Source: Octopus sinensis
Taxonomy: Eukaryota
Assembly: GCF_006345805.1 (NCBI RefSeq)
Contig: NC_042997.1
Location: forward strand, 47,492,001-47,556,000
DNA length: 64,000 bases
Direction of reading: 5' to 3'
In this document: positions 55,640 to 64,000 of the stretch, in pieces
Layout: every line of letters begins with the position of its first letter
Position numbering within the stretch: the first letter of the stretch is position 1
Position numbers and translations under genes: made by a program
Notes under the pieces: generated by a model
Seen by the model: the letters and a program-made list of their open reading frames with translations, nothing else
Told to the model about the DNA's origin: nothing
Database searches by the model: none

Positions 55640-55906
55640 CTTTCAGCTCGTAATGCATGACTCGAAAGTTGCTATCATCGACAGGCGCAATTCCATGAAC
55701 ATTTGCAGCAATATATTTGCTCATGTGACATGACTGATCGGCAAACAAGTAATCAAATGTTGCACACTTGAAAGTATGTTCCGCTAGACAGAGCTGTGCG
55801 CATGCGCCCAACGTCAGTCCTAACATGATCTTTTTGTACAGCTGCACGCCCTCTAGTGGTCGCAATGATCCGAAGCCATAATTCACAAATTTGGAGAGTG
55901 GTCCTT
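55640..55906 (-). CDS. Internal exon (267 nt, phase 1-1) encoding one complete PAN/Apple domain of an uncharacterised protein
   Basis: Minus strand: atttatatttgcag|AAGGACCA...GAGCTGAAAG|gtaagt. Reads GPLSKFVNYGFGSLRPLEGVQLYKKIMLGLTLGACAQLCLAEHTFKCATFDYLFADQSCHMSKY...VMHYELK, the PAN pattern C-x3-C...C-x2-FDY...C...HYE. Confidence 0.88.
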
Positions 55907-56006
55907 CTGCAAATATAAATGAATTAATGAATTAATGAATGGAACGCAGATAATAATTATAAAGTAAAATTAGGAAAAAAGCAACAGTTGAGATGTAAAA
56001 TTTTAT

Positions 56007-56178
56007 AGGCGTAGGAGTGGCTGTGTGGTAAGTAGCTTGTTTACCAACCACATGGTTCCGGGTTCAGTCCCACAGCGTGGCACCTTGGGCAAGTGTCTTC
56101 TACTATAGCCTAGGGCCGACCAAAGCCTTGTGAGTGGATTTGGGAGACGGAAACTGAAAGAAGCCCGTCGTATATATG

Positions 56179-56248
<70 letters not shown>

Positions 56249-56448
56249 TGTGTTTGTCCCCCCAACATCGCTTGACAACCGATGCTGGTGTGTTTACGTC
56301 CCCGTAACTTAGCGGTTCGGTAAAAGAGACCGATAGATTAAGTACTAGGCTTAAAAAGAATAAGTCCCGGGGTCGATTTCCTCGACTAAAGGCGGTACTC
56401 CAGCATGGCCACAGTCAAATGACTGAAACAAGTAAAAGAGTAAAAGAG
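56007..56448 (+). mobile_element. tRNA-headed SINE family B, full length with internal TA/GT microsatellite
   Basis: A-box-like tggctgtgtgg, B-box-like ggttcagtccc, gtggcaccttgggcaag, 3' gactgaaacaagtaaaagag. Confidence 0.85.
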
Positions 56449-56564
56449 TATGGGAGTCTTCAAAATAAACACACACATAAGCACACACACACACACACAC
56501 ACGCACACACACACACACACCACACACACACACACACACTCACGCACACACACACACACACACA

Positions 56565-56698
56565 AAGTGGGTGCTGAAAAGTTCCTGTCATTGCGTAAAA
56601 GAAATACAGAAAGATCAGTTACTTATGATTTTATTGAACATGTTTTACTCTCAGATTCACGCACTTATTGCAGCGGTCCTTCAGTTTTTCTAAGCCTT
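56565..56698 (-). mobile_element. Mariner 3'-terminal remnant cut off by a SINE
   Basis: Minus frame GLEKLKDRCNKCVNLRVKHVQ* matches the mariner C-terminus pattern (G..KL..RW.KC....G.YVE). Confidence 0.6.
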
Positions 56699-56700
56699 GT

Positions 56701-56963
56701 GTGGAAGCACTCCGTCGGTTACGACGACGAGGGTTCCGGTTGATCCGAATCAACGGAACAGCCTGCTCGTGAAATTAACGTGTAAGTGGCTGAGCACTCC
56801 ACAAACACGTGTACCCTTAACGTAATTCTCGGGGATATTCAGCGTGACACAGAGAGTGACAAGGCCGGCCCTTTGAAAACCAGGTACAACAGAAACAGGA
56901 AGTAAGAGTGAGAGAAACTTGTGGTGAAAGAGTACAGCAGGGAACACCACCATCCCTGCCGGA
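56701..56963 (-). mobile_element. SINE family C, 5'-truncated
   Basis: Reverse complement of 60563-60817. Confidence 0.8.
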
Positions 56964-57424
56964 GATGTATGTATGCATGCATGTTTGTATGTATAAAGAA
57001 GCTATAAATGCTGCAATTTCTGTTGCTGTATATCTAAGAAATGTGTTCACCAGTGTAGACTTACTGTAAATTGAAATCATAATAGAACTGATTGTAACAT
57101 ATATTATTAGTTTTGCTGAGATTCAGAAACAGGGATACTTTTGGCAAGATTTGTGCTCAGAACTACATAAACTGCAAATATACTTAGTGTTATATCTTTT
57201 GCAGGGCCGTATTACTATACAGCAGCAGAAGAGCAGAAGTCTTGTGTATATATATATATAGATTGGATTTGAAAAGTAGCAGATAGAAAAAATCATTTCT
57301 AATATGCAAATAGTAATATTTCAGGCAAAACGCAATTTATTATATTCTGTGAACGTAGCCGTTAGCGAAAATATATTGCAAGAATTTGGTGGGTTCTTCT
57401 ACGAGAAAATGTCATCGTCAACGA

Positions 57425-57432
57425 TAACAATG

Positions 57433-57492
<60 letters not shown>

Positions 57493-57627
57493 GAAGAAGA
57501 AGTAGAACGAGAAAGAGGAGGAAGAGGAGAAGGAGAAGGAGGAGAAGAAGAAGAAGAAGAAGAAGAAGAAGAAGAAGAAGAAGAAGAAGAAGAAGAAAAA
57601 CAACAACAACAACAACAACAACAACAA
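57425..57627. repeat. (AAT)n(GAA)n(CAA)n compound microsatellite
   Basis: Direct reading. Confidence 0.95.
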
Positions 57628-57859
57628 GGGTTTCAAAATTGCTAAGGAACAAGCACTTTCGAACAAATCTGATGAAGAAAATGTTTGATAAAACTCAATC
57701 AGACAGCAAAGGTAGGATTTGCAAGGACACGAAGTAAGTAAGGTATACTAGCACAAAAGTGCAGACATAACTGTGTAGGCAAAATAATTCATTGGGTCGT
57801 TAGCCGAGTGTGTGACTTAAAACAATAGAAACGTGGTTCGAACACGAACCAGAGTCAAT

Positions 57860-58028
57860 GATAGAAAATAAGTATCGCAAGGTATTAAATAACTTCCCCA
57901 TAAAGACTGACCATTATGTTGTGGCAAGTTGACCAGATAGGATTGTAGAGGACGAAATAAACAAAGTGTGTGAGGCCATATATTTTGAAATTCCCAAATG
58001 ATGACAGAGTCAATACCAACGAAACAGG
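57860..58028 (+). mobile_element. Degraded R4/Dong-like RLE fragment
   Basis: KYRKVLNNFPIKTDHYVVAS*PDRIVEDEINKVC..IYFEIP resembles ILWDF.IQTDH.I.ARRPD..IDIAIP. Covers sequence homologous to the 58310 fragment, so a separate insertion. Confidence 0.6.
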
Positions 58029-58029
58029 A

Positions 58030-58229
58030 AGCACAAGGCCTCAAATTTGGGGGAAGGTATAAAATTGATTACCTCGACTCTAGTGCGTGACTGGTACTTA
58101 TTTAATCGACCTCGAAAGTATGAAAGGCAAAGTCGACCCCGACGGAATTTGAACTCAAAACGTAGCGGTAGACTAAATAACGCTAAGCTTTCGCCCGGCG
58201 TGCTAACGATTCTGCTTGCTCGCCACCTT
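58030..58229 (-). mobile_element. Family M SINE
   Basis: gaaaggcaaagtcgaccccgacggaatttgaactc. Confidence 0.75.
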
Positions 58230-58275
58230 AATAATGATGATGATGATGATAATAATAATAATAATAATAATAATA

Positions 58276-58309
<34 letters not shown>

Positions 58310-58310
<1 letters not shown>

Positions 58311-58746
58311 TCGACATGAGCATCCCCTGTGATCATAATATCTCAGCGAAAGAGTTTGACAAGCTCAGAAAATATAAAGACCTACTCATTGAAATTGAGA
58401 AAATGTGGCATCTCAAGGCGGTTACAATACCAGTGATCGTAGGAGCACTAGGAATGATCAAGAAGGGAACCGAAAATTATATGAGAATGATCCCTGGCTT
58501 ACCATCCCTGCAAGAAGTGCAAAAGATTCTCTTAACTGGTACATCACACGTATTGAGAAGAGCATTGTCGATGTGAGAACTGTTGCTGCTCATGTATTTT
58601 AATTTAACTTTAAAAAAAAAAAAAAAATGAACGAACTACTGAGTTTGGTTTAATGGCCTACCAATATACACTATGAGTTTCTTTGCCCTAAGAGTCGGGA
58701 AGACACTCGGCAAGAAATGGAAGAAAATTTGAAAGAAGAAAAAAAA

Positions 58747-58747
<1 letters not shown>
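58310..58747 (+). mobile_element. 5'-truncated R4/Dong-like element (RLE C-terminus plus 3'UTR) with (TAA)n on both sides
   Basis: IDMSIPCDHNISAKEFDKLRKYKDLLIEIEKMW..PVIVGALG..LLTGTSHVLRRALSM*. (TAA)n ends at ~58310 and resumes at 58748. UTR differs from that of the 739-1506 copy, so a different family. Confidence 0.88.
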
Positions 58748-58793
<46 letters not shown>

Positions 58794-58837
58794 TATTATT
58801 ATTATTATTATATTATTATTATTATTATTATTATTAT
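58748..58837. repeat. (AAT)n followed by (ATT)n, between two retroelements
   Basis: Direct reading. Confidence 0.95.
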
Positions 58838-59388
58838 ACCCTGATGCAGTACCAGGCAGTGGCTCTCATGGCTTCTGATCTTAACTGATTGGAAGTGTTA
58901 TCATGTACATTGTTTTGTCTTGGTATAAAAGATGGGCTACAGCAAATATTCTGCTCAATACCACAGATTTGCTTGTCACTTGTTTGACCTTAACCAGTTG
59001 AGCATGTCCCTTAGTGGCTGACGATATGTGCATCTCTGATCACGAGCAGAAGTAGTGAGTGAGCATCATAGCTATGTGTCCAGAAGGATTCTTTGGAGTT
59101 TGACTAATTCACCTTCGGAAACATGGGTGTTTCTTTCAACAACCTTAAACAATCCTTATTCAGGGGCCATTTGAGCGGGATGGGCTACTCAACCTGAAGA
59201 AAATTCTAACTGGGCCCCATCTACAAGGTCACGTGCTGTTTATCTTGATATGAGATCACCATGTCGCGCACATATGGTTGTGATGCATGTGCCTGGTGTA
59301 CCCTTATCAGACGGGTAGTCATGATGGGTATATTGGGCTTCGTATATTTTACCCCAGTGTCACTTTTAATGGCATGCACTGCTCTCTC
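58838..59388 (+). mobile_element. ~550-bp non-coding retroposon (family X), (TAA)n-tailed
   Basis: Closely similar to copies at 26927, 34270 and 604. Shared 3' end (gcatgcactgctctctc) followed by (AAT)n; preceded by (ATT)n. Confidence 0.8.
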
Positions 59389-59474
<86 letters not shown>

Positions 59475-60458
59475 TTTCTCATATATATGCATATATCTGG
59501 ATTCATAGCACTACTTGAATTATTCACAGTGTTTGAGTAGTGCTTATTTTATTGACTATTAGATAATGAAAGAGATATCAATCTTGGCATGAGTTGGACT
59601 CAGAATGTAATCAAATATAACGTAATAGTGCTGTACTGCATATAGTCAATACCAAATTAGGCAACTATTCATCTAAGACAGGCAAAATCAAATTTTCCTT
59701 TATATAAATACTATTGTATGGAATTCGTTAAAAAAGATTGGGATGAAAAACTTTTTATCCGAGTTGTTAAGATATTGTTAGATATGGAGCATTTAGGATA
59801 AAAACATGAGGTAATATCAATAATGATTGCACTGGAACACAATAAAGCTAATTCTAATTCCTTTCTCAATACATTAATCATTCTAAAATTTCAACTCCCA
59901 TAGTAAATCAAAAATTATATAAACCAATAGAATAAACAATTATTTACATTAACAAACTAGATAACGATATACGTACTGCAATAGGAATAACGAATTCTCG
60001 TATACGCAGGAGTCGATTCATTCACAGTTAAGCTTATCGTTGAATTTTATCAAACTTATTACTTTCTGCTACTTTATTTTACCAAAATTGGTATGTCAAG
60101 GTTACCTCAAAGGGGTTTGGAATTCGTAACTTCAATGGCCAAGGCTGTGTGGAATTCGTCAAGTTTGTATGACAAGTGGGGTTATCTGCAGATACATCAA
60201 CTTTCCCACAACACGCGACTCTACTATGCTGACGTTGAATACCCAAGTTATGTTTAACTCATGAAATTCTTCACAACAATAAATTTAAAATGTTAACCGC
60301 TGCATGTCGTTGAAACTACGACCTAAATTAACTGTAAATATTCACAAAGAATAAATATGTATTCATTTTTAAGGTGTGCTAGGGAAATAACAGTAAAAAT
60401 TTGACGACGCTGAGGAAGACAGCAAAGACTGACTTAGTAGATTTGTACTCCAAAATAA

Positions 60459-60820
60459 GTGGTTAGGGCAGCGAACTCGCGGTCATAGGATCGCGGTTTC
60501 GTTTCCCAGACCGGGCGTTGTGAGTGTTTATTGAGCGAAAACACCTAAAGCTCCACGAGGCTCCGGCAGGGATGGTGGTGATCCCTGCTGTGCTCTTTCA
60601 CCACAACTTTCTCTCACTCTTACTTCCTGTTTCTGTTGTACCTGTATTTCAAAGGGCCGGCCACTCTCTGTGTCACGCGGAATATCCCCGAGAACTACGT
60701 TAAGGGTACACGTGTCTGTGGAGTGCTCAGCCACTTACACGTTAATTTCACGAGCAGGCTGTTCCGTTGATCGGATCAACCGGAACCCTCGTCGTCGTAA
60801 CCGACGGAGTGCTTCCATCC
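60459..60820 (+). mobile_element. tRNA-headed SINE family C
   Basis: gtggttagggcagcg..ggtttcgtttccc head; body shared with 56701-56963 (minus) and 62561-62750. Confidence 0.8.
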
Positions 60821-60898
60821 ACTCCAAAATAGAAACAGATACTTATATACGGCAAGGTATTGTGTACACTCTCTACTGCGCTACAGTAGCAATATAAC

Positions 60899-60938
<40 letters not shown>

Positions 60939-62560
60939 GCACAAAACAGTCATTTCTGAGATAAAAAGAAGGAAAGAAGTCTTCTCGTTATCATAGTATA
61001 AATGTATATAAGTATATCAGTACACGACTCGAATTTTTTTTTTTACCTATCGCAAAAGAATGATAGTTAAAGCCAACGCCGGATAAACTTCAACACCGGC
61101 ATAATGTCTTAATGTAGAGAATCACCGTCATTTGTCAAAAACATTTTTCCGGATTTTGATGAAATACGTACTGAAACGCTGTTTGGATTAATTCTATCGC
61201 TACTACGTTATCGCCAAGACAAATAGATTTGTGAGTTTTACTAAAGAAATCACAGCCATTATCATTCTGCTTCGAGAAAATGTGGATGAGAAAGCTGCAA
61301 TGAATGACAATCGGTAGAGCGCCGGGCGAAATCTATTGTGAGAGTTACTTATGCTTCTTTATTTTCCAAGCCAAAAACGTCAGTGCTGATAAGCCTTTCA
61401 TTCTTCGGCGATCAATAAGTAAGATTGAGTTCCTGGGATTGATTTATTCGACAAAGCTCTCTCCCCAAATGATGTGTAGCTGAAATATTTTTATACCGCT
61501 ATTAATTGTTCAGCTCCGTCAAAGCTTACTACTACTACTACTACTACTACAACTGCTGCTACTATTTAGTAAGATAACATATTTATATATATATGATCAG
61601 TTTTACTACTTATGGGAGATTGTTTTGCGGAATATTTCGTGAGAATAATTAAAGTAGATTGAGAGAAAAAACATGTGAGAGTATGAAGGAATCCAAAGAG
61701 AGAGAAAGAGAAATAAAGAGAAAGAGAGAATGTGAGAAAGAGAGAGAAAGAGGAAGGGAGAATGTGAGAAACAGAGAGAAAGTGAAGAAAGAAATACAGA
61801 TAGAAAGAGAAGTATGACAAGTATCCTTAAGAACGTTTGCCTCCTGCCTATAGATTTTCCTCATCTATTAGCGAAATCTCTGTTAGCCGAGCAAACCACT
61901 ATCTCCTATATGCTGGACTATTCAACAGAAATATAGTTGAGTGTAATTTCAGAGAATCATTAAATATCGATTTTCTCATGCCATTTAATGAAAGATACTT
62001 CATTAAAATCGATTGCTCTGTCAATTTAATATTTATTTTTCCAATAAATAACTAAACTTTTGTGAAATTTTGTTAGAAATTTTTTACATTTGTCTTTTCC
62101 GTATCATCTTTTTCTAATTTATTTTCTCAATTATCCATGCCCTAACAGATTATTATCATTTAAAAATGAATATAGCTTTCTTAAATAGACTCACTCGACA
62201 CACCAAACAGATAAAAGGGAAATAACATCATCTCTTGTCCATCACTTTCTCTTTCTCATAGTTATTAACTATGGATGTGAAACTGACTGCTATGAGTAGC
62301 GAAACCACATTCCAAACTATATAGTAGGATGCTAAATATTTACAACTTCCTTCTTTTAGCACGGATACCTTCATTTTACCCGCTCCAAATCACACGTTTT
62401 TTTTTTCTCTTCGATCTCTTCCTTCTTTGTCTTCACAAGCATTTCCTGTTTGAAACGTTGTAACGTCTTTCTTTTTGTAAACTCATACATATAGGTTTTC
62501 CAAAATCTTGACTATAAGTTCGTAACTGTGACATTGATAGATATCATAATACTGCCTAGT

Positions 62561-62750
62561 GGAGGCGCAATGGCCCAGTGGTTAGGACAGCGGTCTTAGG
62601 GTCGCGGTTTCGATTCCCAGACCGTTGTGAATGTTTATTGAGCGAAAACAGCCAAAGCTCGACGAGGCTCCGGCAGGGGGTGGTGGGGAACCTAACTGTA
62701 CTCTTTCACCACAACTTCCTCTCACTCTTTCTTCCTGTTTCTCTTGTACC
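62561..62750 (+). mobile_element. SINE family C, 5' part
   Basis: ggaggcgcaatggcccagtggttagg A box, ggtttcgattccc B box; shared body. Confidence 0.75.
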
Positions 62751-62897
62751 TTTATTATAGGAAGGTATATTTACTTTGGGGGTTGTGCTCCGTGAAGTTG
62801 TGTGCAAATCCGCCGGCTTAATAGACAGGTGAGCATTTCGACTCAGAAGTGCAATTTGAGGAATAAACACTATGAATATTCTTTTCAAGTTTTGACA

Positions 62898-63268
62898 CAA
62901 GGCTAGAAATTTCGCGAGGTAGGAAGTAAGTCACTTACATCGACACCAGTATTCAGCTGGTACTTATTATATTGACGCCGAAGGAATGAAATGCAAACTG
63001 ACCCTCAGCAGTGTTTGCTATCAGAATGTAAATACGGATGAATTGCCGCTAAGCATTTCGTCCGGTGTGCTAACGATTCTGCCAGCTCAGCTTAGCGGTA
63101 CTTCGTCTGTATTTACGTTCTGAATTCAAATTCCGCTAAGGTCGACTTTGCCTTTCATCCTTTCGGAGTCGATAAATTAAGTACCAGTTGAGTACTGGTG
63201 TCAATCTAATGTACTGCCCCCCTCCCCCAAAATTTTGCGCCTTGTTCCTACAGTAGAAAAGAATATTA
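62898..63268. mobile_element. Head-to-head pair of family M SINEs (minus 62898-63085, plus 63095-63268)
   Basis: Core motif in both orientations about 10 bp apart. Confidence 0.7.
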
Positions 63269-63610
63269 TCCTCTTTCACTGAAAAATAATGTGTGCTCGT
63301 ATGGTTATGATTCTCGCTTCGGATCCACATTCAATTATACGATGTGTCACACTTTTAAAAAGTGTCTTCTAGCAGAAAGCAGAACGACAATTTCATATCA
63401 CTTTTCAAAAGAATATGATGATATTTGAGAAAGATTTTGTTGCTACTTCAAGTAGATCAAACAACCATTTAGACGCTATCGCATTAGTTTGCTTGATATA
63501 CATTTTATCAAGTAGATAATGAAAATTAATTTGCCAGCCCTCTAGTAGATTTGACTAATTTATTACCATAATGACTTAAATACTTGAATTATGTAATGAA
63601 TATACTTGAT

Positions 63611-64000
63611 AGGCGTAGGAGTGGCTGTATGGTAAGTAGCTTGTTTACCAACCACATGGTTCCGGGTTCAGTCCCACTGCGTGGCACCTTGGGCAAGTGT
63701 CTTCTACTATAGCCTCGGGCCGACCAAAGCCTTGTGAGTGGATTTGGTATACGGAAACTGAAAGAAGCCCGTCGTATATATGTATATGCGTGTATGTGTT
63801 TGTGCGTCTGTGTTTGTCCCCCTAGCATTGCTTGACAACCGATGCTGGTATGTTTATGTCTCCGTCACTTAGCGGTTCGGCAAAAGAGACCGATAGAAGA
63901 AGTACTGGGCTTACAAAAGAATAAGTCCCGGGGTCGAGTTGCTCGATTAAAAAAGGCGGTGCTCCAGCATGGCCGCAGTCAAATGACTGAAACAAGTAAA
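63611..64000 (+). mobile_element. SINE family B, cut by window end
   Basis: Near-identical to 56007-56448. Confidence 0.85.

Noticed and set aside
60106-60185. Possible upstream exon of the PAN gene (cag|...gag|gtaac)
   Set aside because: Ends in phase 0 whereas the next exon needs phase 1; peptide is not PAN-like; weak pyrimidine tract.

Overview
AT-rich, microsatellite-dense eukaryotic DNA, mostly intronic or intergenic. The repeat landscape suggests an octopod cephalopod (inference). The only host coding sequence I can support is two minus-strand exons (55640-55906, 47700-47845) that splice in frame and encode tandem PAN/Apple domains; the rest of that gene was not found. Everything else is mobile DNA: several R4/Dong-like non-LTR fragments (one with an inverted RT segment), a ~560-bp non-coding retroposon always embedded in (TAA)n, a degraded Gypsy/Mag LTR element with an inverted RNase H segment, three mariner remnants (one full length with both TIRs), a Tigger-like MITE, Helitron pieces (one with Rep motifs and both termini), several SINE families and long fold-back hairpins, two beside (TA)n. 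No rRNA, genuine tRNA or CRISPR array. Most supplied ORFs are microsatellite translations. All assignments come from motif recognition by eye; no database searches were run.
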